DNA of 64,000 nucleotides from a virus: positions 2,759-66,758 of IMG/VR virus record IMGVR_UViG_3300019888_000005; one strand, 5' to 3'. The notes below the pieces were generated by a model that searched no databases, was not told the DNA's origin, and was given only the letters and a program-made list of their open reading frames with translations. Both the position numbers and the translations under genes were made by a program. Numbering within the stretch: position 1 is the first letter of the stretch; each line of letters starts with the position of its first letter. Of the stretch, positions 17,831 through 27,752 are shown in pieces.

Positions 17831-20800
17831 CGTCGGATTATGTAGCGCTCCACCAGCATGGCCAGACGTCTTTCCTCGACGGCGAGGCGTCGATCGAGTC
17901 CATCGCCAGAGGTGCGGCAGAGCGTGGTCAGACGGCTACTGCTCTCACCGATCATCAGGAAGTGGCGGGGCATCTTGCGCTTCAGAAGGCGTGCAAAAAG
18001 CACGGCATCCGGCCCATTTTTGGAATGGAGGGCTATCTCTCCGATGTGAATGCGGTGGAGTCCAAGGCCCGCAAGTACAAGGTGCCTGACTACAGCCACG
18101 TCACGTTGCTCGCGCAGAACGACGTGGGGTTGCGCAACTTGTGGAGTTGGGCCTCTGTTGCTTCGACGCAGAACTTCTACTATCGCGCGCTGATGGACTG
18201 GGAGACGCTCAAGCCCTACACCGAGGGCATCTACGTCAGCGACGGATGCATGTTGAGCTGGATCGCGAAGTCGATTATTGCCGGAGACGAGTCGCGGACT
18301 CACGAGCTGATGGCGCGTTATCTGGGAGCCTTCGGCGACAACTTCTACATGGAGCTGCACACCTGGCAGTTCGTGGACCCGCAGACCGAGGAGCATTGCA
18401 CGCTCAACAAGGACATGGCGCTGGTCAACCAGGTCAAGGTCGAGTTGGCACAGCAGTACAGCGTCCCGCTCGTCGTGGTGAACGACAACCATTACGTCAA
18501 TCGCGAGGATTGGGTGCGTCACAACCTCGTCTGGGCCATGAACACGTCCGACGAGGCGGACAAGACGGGGAGTGGCGAGTGTGCGGCGTGGCTCATGGTG
18601 GACGACGAACTCGTGCACTGGATGGGCAAGCACGGCGTGTCCGAAGCCGTCACTCGGGAAGCCATTCGCAACACGAAGATGATTTCGGACAACTGTGACA
18701 TCGAAATCACCGCTGAGCCCAAGATGCCTCGTCTCACTGGGTCGGACTTGGAGGACTTGCACTTGTTCGCCGACCAGGTCGAGAAGGGGTTCGAGCGCAA
18801 GATCGTGCAGGGTGGGCGTGACGTGGAGTTGTATCGGGAGCGCATGGAGGAGGAGGCCCGCATGATTGCCCGCAAGGGGTACGCGGGCTATTTCAACGTC
18901 GTGACGGACTTCACGTCTCATGCTCGCGACGACCTGGGCATTTTTATGGGACCGGGGCGTGGTAGTGCTGGAGGGTCCTTGTGTGCCTGGCTGCTTGGCA
19001 TCACCCGCATGGACCCGCTCAAGTACGACCTGTTGTTCGAGCGCTTCATTTCCGAGGACCGCGAGGACTATCCCGACATCGACGTGGACTTCCAGAAATC
19101 GCGGATTGGAGAAATAAAAAAGTACACGGCAGACAAGTACGGGGCGGATCACGTCTGCGGCATCGGTACGTTCACGCGCTCTCAGCCCAAGGCCATCCTC
19201 AAGGATCTAGGGCGCGCGATGGGCGTCTCGTTCGCTGATTCCAATTCCATTTCCAAGGCGGTCGGCGTACTGCCGGAGGGGATGGATTGGACCGGGATGC
19301 TGGTATGGCGCAACGACACACTCGAACCTTGGATTCGCAAGTATCCGGAGCTGTTCAAGCGTGCCGAAGAGATGGTGGGCATGGTGCGGCAGTCCTCCGT
19401 GCACGCCTCGGGCTGGGTGATCAGCCCGATTCCGTTGCTGGGCAACATCCCGCTCCGCAAGAAGAACAATGCGGTGGTGACGGCGTTCGAACAGGGTGAA
19501 GTCGAGGAGATGGGCTTCATCAAGATGGACTTTCTCGCCCTGCGACATATGGACACGATCCAGTTCGCGCTCGACCTCGTCAGGGAACGCCACGGTATCG
19601 AAATCGACTTGGACGAGTTCGGTGATGGGGAGTTCTGCGATCCGGCCATCTGGGAGGCGGTGGGCAAGGGAGATTGCCTGGGGCTGTTCCAGCTCGATGC
19701 GGATTTGATGCAGAGCACGGCCAAGCGGCTCAAGCCGCAGAGCGAGCGTGAGGTGGCGGAGCTGCTCGCCATCAACCGTCCGGGCGTGATCGGTGCGGGG
19801 TTGCTGACGCCCTACATCGAGCGCAAGCACAGGCGTGAGGAGGTGTTGTTCGACCATCCGATGGTCGAGGCGATCCTGAACGAGACCTACGGCATCATGA
19901 TCTACCAAGAGCAGATGATGAAGATGGCGCGACTGGCGGCGGGGTTCTCGCCTACCCGCACCGAGTATCTGCGCAAGGTCGTGGGCAAGAAGCTGATCGA
20001 CAAAATTCCTGCGCTCAAGGACGAGTTCTATGCGGGGTGCAAGGCCAATGCGGCGTTCCTGGAGCAGTGCAATGGCAATCCCGACAAGACGATTGCCAAG
20101 CTGTGGATGGGCATCGAGGCGTCGGGCTCCTATCTGTTCAACAAGAGCCACTCCGTGGGTTATGCGCTGGTGGCGAGCTGGGAAGCGTGGCTCAAGACCT
20201 ACTACTATCCGGAGTTTGTGACCGCGTGCCTCATGACGGTGGATGACGACGAGATGCCTCGTTACGTCCGTCACGCCCGCACGCACGATCTGCGTATCCT
20301 GCCTCCGGACATCAACGTGTCCAAGAGATCCTTCACGCTCACGAACGAAGGTGTGCGTTACGGATTGACGTCCGTGCGGAATGTAGGTGCGGTGGCCTAC
20401 AACGACATTCTTCGATGTCGTCCGTTCTCGTCACTGGAGGAGCTGCTGGACAAGGTGACGCGAGCCAAGGTGAACAAGCGTGTCGTGCTCAACCTGATCA
20501 GGTTGGGGGCCTTCGACACCATGCATCCCGAGGACACGAGAGCAGAGCTGGAGGAGTTCTACTACGGCGCGATGAAGACGCCCAAGGCAGCGAGAGAGAA
20601 GATTCCCGACTACAGCGACATGCTGGCTATGTATCGCCTGGAGAAGGAACTGGTCGGGAGTTTCATTCTGCACGATCCGATGCAGCAGTACGAACACATT
20701 GTGGAGCGCACGTGTCTGTCCGATCCCGAGCAGATAGACGATATGGAGTCCGGAGCACTGTGCATGATCGGCGGGATGGTGTCGAAGATAAAAAAGCACA

Positions 20801-21015
20801 CCACCAGAGGCGGCGACGCGATGGCGTTCATCTCGTTGACGTTCCACGAACGAGACTTCGACGCCGTGGTGTTCCCCGATGCGTATCGGGCGTATCGCAG
20901 CTTTCTCAAGATCGACGCACCTGTCGTGGTGCGGGCGATCAAGACCAACAAAGGCGGGGTGCAAGTCACCGCCCTCGAAAGACTTGATTTTTTAACTTTA
21001 GAAGACAGGCATTGA
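17827..21015 (+). CDS. dnaE: DNA polymerase III alpha subunit
   Basis: PHP motifs HQH..SFLDG and TDH; GPGRGSAGGSL; PDIDVDF; KMDFL; FNKSH; C-terminal OB fold; no intein seen. Confidence 0.97.
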   Translation: MTSDYVALHQHGQTSFLDGEASIESIARGAAERGQTATALTDHQEVAGHLALQKACKKHGIRPIFGMEGYLSDVNAVESKARKYKVPDYSHVTLLAQNDVGLRNLWSWASVASTQNFYYRALMDWETLKPYTEGIYVSDGCMLSWIAKSIIAGDESRTHELMARYLGAFGDNFYMELHTWQFVDPQTEEHCTLNKDMALVNQVKVELAQQYSVPLVVVNDNHYVNREDWVRHNLVWAMNTSDEADKTGSGECAAWLMVDDELVHWMGKHGVSEAVTREAIRNTKMISDNCDIEITAEPKMPRLTGSDLEDLHLFADQVEKGFERKIVQGGRDVELYRERMEEEARMIARKGYAGYFNVVTDFTSHARDDLGIFMGPGRGSAGGSLCAWLLGITRMDPLKYDLLFERFISEDREDYPDIDVDFQKSRIGEIKKYTADKYGADHVCGIGTFTRSQPKAILKDLGRAMGVSFADSNSISKAVGVLPEGMDWTGMLVWRNDTLEPWIRKYPELFKRAEEMVGMVRQSSVHASGWVISPIPLLGNIPLRKKNNAVVTAFEQGEVEEMGFIKMDFLALRHMDTIQFALDLVRERHGIEIDLDEFGDGEFCDPAIWEAVGKGDCLGLFQLDADLMQSTAKRLKPQSEREVAELLAINRPGVIGAGLLTPYIERKHRREEVLFDHPMVEAILNETYGIMIYQEQMMKMARLAAGFSPTRTEYLRKVVGKKLIDKIPALKDEFYAGCKANAAFLEQCNGNPDKTIAKLWMGIEASGSYLFNKSHSVGYALVASWEAWLKTYYYPEFVTACLMTVDDDEMPRYVRHARTHDLRILPPDINVSKRSFTLTNEGVRYGLTSVRNVGAVAYNDILRCRPFSSLEELLDKVTRAKVNKRVVLNLIRLGAFDTMHPEDTRAELEEFYYGAMKTPKAAREKIPDYSDMLAMYRLEKELVGSFILHDPMQQYEHIVERTCLSDPEQIDDMESGALCMIGGMVSKIKKHTTRGGDAMAFISLTFHERDFDAVVFPDAYRAYRSFLKIDAPVVVRAIKTNKGGVQVTALERLDFLTLEDRH

Positions 21016-21016
21016 G

Positions 21017-21586
21017 ATGGGGCGACCGAAAGGCTCTAGACAATCTCCCGAAACGCGAGCAAAAATTTCTGCCGGTCTTCGAAACAGGCCGGTCTCAGAA
21101 GCCACGCGACGCAAGTTGTCGGAGTCCAATACAGGTAAATCCCATACGGTCGAAGCGCGAGACAAGATGTCGGAGTACTGGTCCGGGCGACCTCGTAACC
21201 CCGAGACTGTCGCAAAGCAGACCGCGACTAGAGTTGCGAACTTGAGGGCAAGAGACCCGTCATCGTTCATTATTTTTCAAGGCTATCGAGTGCTCACTGC
21301 GCAATACGGGCATCCGTTAGCTGGCTCCAACGGTCAACTTCGTGAGCATCGTAAGGTTCTTTTTGACGCGATCGGAGTAGGCCCTCACGAATGTCATTGG
21401 AATCAATGGTCTGCCTGTGGGCAGCTCAGTCTTGAGTGGGATACCGGGACGCTGTGTGCCGACCACCTGAATGAAGACAAACTTGACAATCGACCAGAAA
21501 ATTTGGTGCCAAGTTGCTGTATCTGCAATCTCAATCGCACGAGATCGTCTTGGTGGACTGAATATATTAATTTTCCGACCAACTGA
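21017..21586 (+). CDS. NUMOD3-HNH endonuclease
   Basis: SPETRAKIS / SEATRRKLS repeats; ADHLNEDKLDNRPENLVPSCCICN; clear paralog of 6351-6881. Confidence 0.85.
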   Translation: MGRPKGSRQSPETRAKISAGLRNRPVSEATRRKLSESNTGKSHTVEARDKMSEYWSGRPRNPETVAKQTATRVANLRARDPSSFIIFQGYRVLTAQYGHPLAGSNGQLREHRKVLFDAIGVGPHECHWNQWSACGQLSLEWDTGTLCADHLNEDKLDNRPENLVPSCCICNLNRTRSSWWTEYINFPTN

Positions 21587-21595
21587 AAGGCGATC

Positions 21596-22711
21596 ATGGG
21601 TGTCTCGACAGCAGACAAGATCCTGGCAGACATAAACAAAGAATTCGGGGAGGGCTCCGCTACCTACGCCAGGGATATGGCTCCCATCGAGGTGTGTTCT
21701 TCAGGCTCGCTGTCGTTGGATTTCGCCATCGGTATCGGCGGGGTGCCCAAGAACCGGGTGATGGAACTGGTGGGTGAGGAGGGCTCGGGCAAGACGTCTG
21801 TCGCTCTGCTCATTGCGCGTCAATTCATCGACGACCAGCCGGGACGCTTGGTCATCGTGCTGGACATCGAACACAAGCTCACGCCCGATTGGGTGGAGGC
21901 GTTGATCGGCAGCGCGCGGATGGAGAAGCTGCTCGTGCTCAGCCCGGACACCATCGAGCAAGCGACGGACATGTATCGCAAGACCGTAGGCACGGGCAAG
22001 GTGAGCCTGGTCATCCTGGACAGCATCGGCGGGGCCCCGACGTCTCAGGTGATGGACGAGGATCGCAGCGCGGAGAAGAAGGAGATGGCGGGCAACGCAG
22101 CGGGCGTTACCAAGTTCGCTCGTTTTGCTTCCACGTTCTCGGCCAAGTACTCCTGCTTGACCATTGGTATCAATCAGGTGCGAGACGACATGGGTGGCTA
22201 TCACAGGCTGGTCACACCGGGTGGGCGGGGTTGGAAGCACGCCTGTGTGTTGCGCATCCAGCTCAAGCGGGGTCAGGAGAAGTACTTCGAGAAGATCAAC
22301 GGCGAGAACGTGCAGGTCGGTTACGACGTGATTGCGCGCTGCTTCAAGAACCACCTGGCGACTCAGGGGCGGATCGCGCAGTGGCGGTTCTTCAACCAGC
22401 CGTGCAAGCTGGCTCCGCTGGGCGTGGACACCACCGAGGAGTGCATCCGGCTGGCAAAGATGGTCGGTGTCGTGACGCAGGCGGGTGCCTACTATCGCCA
22501 CGACGGCTTTCCGGGTGGGCAGGTGATGGGGCAGGCCAAGATGCTCGACCTCATCATGAGCGACGACGCGCTGCGAGCACAGCTGGTGTCCGAGGTGCTG
22601 GCAGAACTCAAGGCCGACCCCGCCAAGTTGTCCGAGGTGGCTCCGGTGACCGATATCGACGAGGTGCTCGACGACGAACCCAAGGGCTTCATCAAGGGTC
22701 AGGACGACTGA
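21596..22711 (+). CDS. recA: RecA-like recombinase
   Basis: SSGSLSLD.AIG.GG.P, GEEGSGKT, DIEH, ILDS, INQVR, TPGGRG.KH. Confidence 0.95.
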   Translation: MGVSTADKILADINKEFGEGSATYARDMAPIEVCSSGSLSLDFAIGIGGVPKNRVMELVGEEGSGKTSVALLIARQFIDDQPGRLVIVLDIEHKLTPDWVEALIGSARMEKLLVLSPDTIEQATDMYRKTVGTGKVSLVILDSIGGAPTSQVMDEDRSAEKKEMAGNAAGVTKFARFASTFSAKYSCLTIGINQVRDDMGGYHRLVTPGGRGWKHACVLRIQLKRGQEKYFEKINGENVQVGYDVIARCFKNHLATQGRIAQWRFFNQPCKLAPLGVDTTEECIRLAKMVGVVTQAGAYYRHDGFPGGQVMGQAKMLDLIMSDDALRAQLVSEVLAELKADPAKLSEVAPVTDIDEVLDDEPKGFIKGQDD

Positions 22712-23067
22712 TGCCCAATGATGATTGGGAGCAGCACGAGGCGGACGTTCAGAAATTGCTAGGTCTGGACAGCACAATTGCGAGCGGATCGCAGTGGCAC
22801 GACCCCGGAGACGGCACGACGCGCAATCAGTACGACTCCAATCCATTTCGCATCATGATGGATGCGAAATGCACTGTGTCCAAGTCGTTCTCGATGAAGC
22901 GAGACTTCCTGGCGGTGTGGATGAACAAGGCCGAGATGTTGGGCAAGCGATTCATTCTGCCGATCCGGTTCGTGCGGAAGCCAGGAGTGCACGAGGACTA
23001 TGTGTTGCTGGAACTGAACGACTTCGCGGAGCTGTTGATGCTCGCACAAAAAGGAGCCGAGAGGTGA
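22711..23067 (+). CDS. Holliday-junction resolvase-like PD-(D/E)XK nuclease
   Basis: E......G...ASGS....GD....MDAKCT..KSFS; follows recA. Confidence 0.65.
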   Translation: MPNDDWEQHEADVQKLLGLDSTIASGSQWHDPGDGTTRNQYDSNPFRIMMDAKCTVSKSFSMKRDFLAVWMNKAEMLGKRFILPIRFVRKPGVHEDYVLLELNDFAELLMLAQKGAER

Positions 23068-23483
23068 CCGTTGAGGAGGCTCGCCGGGAACTGGAACGAC
23101 TACGAGGAGAAGGCACGAGGTGTCCCTGCTGCGATCAGTTCGTCAAGGTTTATCGGCGGAAGATTAATTCGACTATGGCGCGAGCCTTGATCTTGCTCTA
23201 CCGCGAAGGCGGCTGGGTGCACGTTTCCTCGAAGCTGGACAGTGGTTCCGAGCTGTCGAAGACTCGCTTCTGGTTCTTGGTCGAAGAGCGCGAAGATGCT
23301 CACTCGGGGTGGTGGCGACTGACTTCATTAGGTCGAGAGTTCGTCCTAGGCCAGACCGATCTGCCCAAATACGCCGAGATCTACAACAATCAACTGCTCT
23401 GCCTCGACTTCTCCGAGTCGATCACTATTCGGGACGCACTCGGAACCAGGTTCAACTATCGAGACCTGATGGAGGGCCGATGA
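23064..23483 (+). CDS. Hypothetical protein (CPCC + winged-helix-like)
   Basis: AGGAG SD, GTGA coupling, GWWRLTSLG. Confidence 0.6.
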   Translation: MTVEEARRELERLRGEGTRCPCCDQFVKVYRRKINSTMARALILLYREGGWVHVSSKLDSGSELSKTRFWFLVEEREDAHSGWWRLTSLGREFVLGQTDLPKYAEIYNNQLLCLDFSESITIRDALGTRFNYRDLMEGR

Positions 23484-24325
23484 CCGGAAGTATGGGTGGC
23501 ATATTCAAACGCCTGGCGGAGCGTCAGCTCGTGGCCCCGTACCTGGAGAATGCCTTCGCTGCGGACACGTGGCCCGAGACCTACACCGTCGTGGTGGACA
23601 GCTCGCCCTACTACGGATTGATCGACACCGAGGGCAACACCCACGAGGTGGGCGCGGGTGACGGCTACTTCCATCCCTCCACGCATCCGCTCATGCCAGC
23701 GCGTGAGTTGTATTACAGATTCCATCCCGCCCATGCGAACAAGGTGATGCCCGAGCGCCGCACGTTCTCCAATCACATGACGTTGGCAGTGGCGTCGGCG
23801 TTGCACGCTACCGTGCAGCAACAGCTCGACATGGCGGGCATTCTCAAGTCCGGGAGCTATGAGTGGGAGGACGTACGCGAGGGCGTACGTGGGCGTTACG
23901 TCAGGCGGAACAAGGGTGAGTGGGAGTACATCAACGAGCTGCGCAAGTGCCGTGGGCGTGCGGATGGCATCTTGAATCACCCTGCTGAAGGCGAGATGTT
24001 ATTTGAATTCAAGACGATGAACAGCAGGTCGTACAAATACCAGGACACAGCTCAAGAGTCCTGGGAGATTCAGGTCAACCTCGCGATGGATCACTACGGC
24101 GTGGATGAGGGCGTGATCCTGCTGTTGGAGCTGGGTTGGCCTTGGGACATGCGCGAGTTCCGGGTGTCGCGTAGGCAGGCCATTTTGGAGCCTGTCTACG
24201 AGAAGTGGGAATACGTCCTGGAGTGCATCAAACGTGACACTCCACCACCGTGCGTGCACGCGCTGGCTTCGGGAGCGGCAGCATCGTGTCCGGTGTCGCA
24301 TCTATGTTGGAAACAGGAGAGCTGA
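23480..24325 (+). CDS. Cas4/RecB-like PD-(D/E)XK exonuclease
   Basis: GRADGIL, FEFKT, QVNLAM, C-terminal C...C...C cluster. Confidence 0.75.
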   Translation: MTGSMGGIFKRLAERQLVAPYLENAFAADTWPETYTVVVDSSPYYGLIDTEGNTHEVGAGDGYFHPSTHPLMPARELYYRFHPAHANKVMPERRTFSNHMTLAVASALHATVQQQLDMAGILKSGSYEWEDVREGVRGRYVRRNKGEWEYINELRKCRGRADGILNHPAEGEMLFEFKTMNSRSYKYQDTAQESWEIQVNLAMDHYGVDEGVILLLELGWPWDMREFRVSRRQAILEPVYEKWEYVLECIKRDTPPPCVHALASGAAASCPVSHLCWKQES

Positions 24326-25038
24326 TGAGCTGGGTGGGTGACAAGGCGGCGGAGGTAGCCGAAGCACTACGTGCGGAGCACATGGCCCAGATCGAGTCCG
24401 GCGCAGTCGTTTTGGACAAGAACGATGCTCATAACGTGATGATGACGGAGAAGAAAGGGATCTTCTCACGTGTCGAGTTCAAGTGGCGCGATTCCGACAA
24501 GCTCATGCTCGAACAGATTCGCGCAGCGGCCAACAGTGCATTCGTGGAGTTGTTCGACGATGCCATCACCCTGCTCGACAACCTCTATGCGGAGTTGCGT
24601 GTCCCCGCCACCAACGAGCACGGCGTCGTGCGGCGAGACGACAAGGGGCGGACGGTGTGGGAGCTGGATGCGAGGACCAATCAGCCTTTGGAACGCTGGG
24701 AACAGCTGACCGGACAGGACATCGAACAGTGCCTTTTCGATCTCACTCGGCTGAGATTCACAGCTGTTCCTCAGGTGAACGAGCTGTTATTGGAGGCTAT
24801 GTTTGCCAAGAGGATCTCGGCAGACAGCTACGATGACCATTACATGGCAATGATCGACGGAACTATTCAGGACAAGTCGTCCAGGGCCAGTAGAAACAGC
24901 AGGCAAGACACGTACCACGCCTTTTTTCGGTACTGGTTATGGAGCCAAGGAGATGTGTTCCTCAGGGAGTTGTCTAATTTCCAGCGAGTCCTTGAGCGTG
25001 TGAGGGACTGGGAGGTGAGGGGCTCCTGGAACAAATAA
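24325..25038 (+). CDS. Hypothetical protein (helical)
   Basis: AGGAG SD, TGATG coupling. Confidence 0.7.
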   Translation: MSWVGDKAAEVAEALRAEHMAQIESGAVVLDKNDAHNVMMTEKKGIFSRVEFKWRDSDKLMLEQIRAAANSAFVELFDDAITLLDNLYAELRVPATNEHGVVRRDDKGRTVWELDARTNQPLERWEQLTGQDIEQCLFDLTRLRFTAVPQVNELLLEAMFAKRISADSYDDHYMAMIDGTIQDKSSRASRNSRQDTYHAFFRYWLWSQGDVFLRELSNFQRVLERVRDWEVRGSWNK

Positions 25039-25050
25039 AAGTGAGGCGCG

Positions 25051-25449
25051 ATGAGTCGCAAGCTATCCGACGATCCCGAGAAGCGTCGACTCCAGATCTT
25101 CCGTTCCATCTACATCAACTTCTACAAGTGGGAAGCTCTCGTCGAGAGTCAGAACGTCCAGTTCCTCAATATCGACGGCGAGGAAGTTTATTTCTATGAC
25201 CTACTGACCGGGCTGGAATCCCTACCACCCCGCCAACGTCAGGCCTTCGAGCTGCACCTGTTGTTCGGCATGACCGAGAAGGAAGCGGCCTCGAAGATGG
25301 GGTTCGTCAAGTGGGTGACGTTGGTGGGTCAGTACTCCACAGCAGCGCTCAAGCGCATGGTCGCCAGTTATGATTCGGTCAACCATAATTTTGTAGTCGA
25401 ACCCGACGATCTCCTTGAAAGCGACGACCTCTGTGAGGGGGTGGTCTGA
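25051..25449 (+). CDS. Sigma-70 region-4-type HTH protein
   Basis: LESLPPRQRQAFELH...GMTEKEAASKMG. Confidence 0.75.
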   Translation: MSRKLSDDPEKRRLQIFRSIYINFYKWEALVESQNVQFLNIDGEEVYFYDLLTGLESLPPRQRQAFELHLLFGMTEKEAASKMGFVKWVTLVGQYSTAALKRMVASYDSVNHNFVVEPDDLLESDDLCEGVV

Positions 25450-25467
25450 CTGTTAGCATCGGGGATT

Positions 25468-25815
25468 GTGGAGACCGAAGGGGATATTCCACCGCAGTGC
25501 AGGCTAGGTAACGCCAAGGCAGGCGTGGATTACACCCTCGAAGAGCGCGCCGATGCTCTGCTGGCCCAGAGCAGGCGAGAACATCCTCGTTCTCAGGACG
25601 AAGACCCTTACGAGGTGCTCTCACCTGGACAGATGGATCGCAGGCGCTCTCGCGAGATATACAACAAGAACGGGTTCCCCGAACCGCACCTCTTCGCCGG
25701 ACTCTATCGTCGTGCGCACAACCCCAAGATGTTCGATCGTCCACCACGTGGAACCGAGCTGACCGAAGATGATAATGCGAACTGGGACCCGAATGGAGGG
25801 TGGGGAGCACCGTGA
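25468..25815 (+). CDS. Hypothetical protein
   Basis: 115 aa ORF coupled to the next gene. Confidence 0.55.
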   Translation: METEGDIPPQCRLGNAKAGVDYTLEERADALLAQSRREHPRSQDEDPYEVLSPGQMDRRRSREIYNKNGFPEPHLFAGLYRRAHNPKMFDRPPRGTELTEDDNANWDPNGGWGAP

Positions 25816-26597
25816 CGGACAACCTCAGCAAGAGCGAATTGAACAGGATGCGTCGTGAGGCAGCGGCCACGCAGCGCGTGGACAAGGTGGTCATCGAAAC
25901 CTTGGCGGAGCTGGACGACGAGCACCGGCTCTACATCTTCCGTCCCGAGGCTCAGTGCAAGGTGTGCAACTCCCAGGCGTTCGGCACTGTCAACCTCATG
26001 CTCGCTCATGCCATGACCTACGCAGACATCCTGCGAGCGTTGGTGCCGGTCAACGATGCGCTACCGGAGGATCAGAGGATTGTCTATGCCTCCATCCGCA
26101 CTCATGCCAAACGGCACTTTCCGATCCAGGGCGCAGCTCAGGCCGTCTATCGGCGCATGGTCGAGAAGCGTGCGGAGGAGTACGGGCTGGACTTCGTTCG
26201 TGGTGTCGGCGGTGCGCTCACTCCGCTGGCCTACGTCGACGTGGTCATGCGCAAGGGCTTCGAGACACTGGTCAAGAACGAAACGACGGTCGATGTCGAA
26301 ACCGGCATGAGGGCAGCAGTGCGCTTGCGCGAGATGACGAAGGACAACGAGGAGTCGGGTGATATCGCCTCGCTCATGCTTCAGATGAACAAGGTCGTCG
26401 AGGCGGTCAAGTCCACCGTCCCCGAGGAGATGTGGCCGGTGATTCTCGCCAAGATCGAAGGCGACGACAACATCATCGACGCCGAGACGGTCGAGGAAGA
26501 TCCCAACATCGTGGACATCGTGGCGGGTTACGACCCCGGCGATCCGGACTTCGTGGACGACGACCCAGAAGGCGAAAACGACAGTGAGCACTACTAG
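25812..26597 (+). CDS. Hypothetical Zn-binding/DNA-binding protein with acidic tail
   Basis: CKVC...HAKRH; acidic C-terminus. Confidence 0.65.
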   Translation: MTDNLSKSELNRMRREAAATQRVDKVVIETLAELDDEHRLYIFRPEAQCKVCNSQAFGTVNLMLAHAMTYADILRALVPVNDALPEDQRIVYASIRTHAKRHFPIQGAAQAVYRRMVEKRAEEYGLDFVRGVGGALTPLAYVDVVMRKGFETLVKNETTVDVETGMRAAVRLREMTKDNEESGDIASLMLQMNKVVEAVKSTVPEEMWPVILAKIEGDDNIIDAETVEEDPNIVDIVAGYDPGDPDFVDDDPEGENDSEHY

Positions 26598-27645
26598 CGC
26601 CACGGCACTACCGGCTACATCGGTGGACATGGCTGGTCTGGGCATCGTGACGTCCACGGCCATCGGTGTCACCGACGAGCCCGGACGTGGGGTGGCGTAC
26701 ACCCCCGCGACCTTGGCGGCGGGAAAGCTGGTGCATTGTCATTGCACGAGCGACAACGTGTTTCTCTGCGCGTACTCGCTGATCTGGAATGCGGCGACAG
26801 CAGACCCGCTCATCCCTGGTGCGTTCACTGCGAAGACCGCTCTGGCTCGTTCGATCTTCTGGTGGGTAGGAACGGACTCCGGTAAGTCGGTGCCTGCCGT
26901 GGATCGAGCCGGTACTCCGGGTTACCTGTATTCCAACGCATCCCCTGCCCTGGTGGACGGCACCTCCAACGGCGGGATGGTCTACTACCTTGTCATCATC
27001 AACCTGGTCCCGGCATTGCTGTCCTATTCGGTGGACAAGGGCACCGTGGATTTCGTCGCCTCGAACTGGGTGGTCAACTCCGTGCCCCTGGACGTCAACG
27101 GCACACCACTGGAGCAGGTGATCTGGAACAAGGGCGTGCACTCCTACGGTGCACATCTCTTCGTCGTGGGTGAACGACCCTCCGATCATGCGCTCTACAT
27201 GTGCAAGAAGAATTTGCTCTCGGGGTGGACCTACTACCTCGGAAGCAAGGGGTGGAGCAGTGACCCCGCCACGCTGTCTCCGTTGCTGGATAACAACGGG
27301 GCAGTGCTGACGTCGTTGGGCCCCGTCTCCGTGTCCACGTTCCAGGACACCTGGTATCTGTCTGCCACCGCCAAGCCTGCCGCGAACACCATTGCCTCGT
27401 TCTATCGCGCACGGCATCCGTTGCTGGGGTGGACGAAGATGACGCAGACCGTGGATTTGGGCACCGTCACCGCTGCGGCGAGCGCGGGCGTGTTCTTCCA
27501 GCAGGCGGTGGCTGCCTCTGCTGCGCTGGTGGGATTGGCCGATCTCGACACGGTGGTGGGCATTCCGTACACCTACACCATCGAGTCCGCCACAGCGTTG
27601 CGTACCTACTGGAATGCGCTGCCTGTGCCCCGGATTCGAGTGTAG
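26584..27645 (+). CDS. Hypothetical beta-rich protein (possible beta-propeller/virion protein)
   Basis: 353 aa, T/A/S/G/W-rich beta pattern. Confidence 0.6.
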   Translation: MSTTSATALPATSVDMAGLGIVTSTAIGVTDEPGRGVAYTPATLAAGKLVHCHCTSDNVFLCAYSLIWNAATADPLIPGAFTAKTALARSIFWWVGTDSGKSVPAVDRAGTPGYLYSNASPALVDGTSNGGMVYYLVIINLVPALLSYSVDKGTVDFVASNWVVNSVPLDVNGTPLEQVIWNKGVHSYGAHLFVVGERPSDHALYMCKKNLLSGWTYYLGSKGWSSDPATLSPLLDNNGAVLTSLGPVSVSTFQDTWYLSATAKPAANTIASFYRARHPLLGWTKMTQTVDLGTVTAAASAGVFFQQAVAASAALVGLADLDTVVGIPYTYTIESATALRTYWNALPVPRIRV

Positions 27646-27752
27646 AAATGCCGCGCAAAAGGTCCTAAATAAAAATATTTCGGGTAAAATTAACACAGTA
27701 AGAGAGCGCGAAGGCGCTCGACATTCTTTCCCACGATCAAGGGAGTATTCCT

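Noticed and set aside
12914-22711. Inteins in DnaB, DnaE or RecA
   Set aside because: Lengths are normal and no intein splice-junction or LAGLIDADG motifs were seen
23480-24325. CRISPR-Cas locus suggested by the Cas4-like gene
   Set aside because: No repeat-spacer array or other cas genes seen; solo Cas4-like nucleases are usual in phage recombination modules
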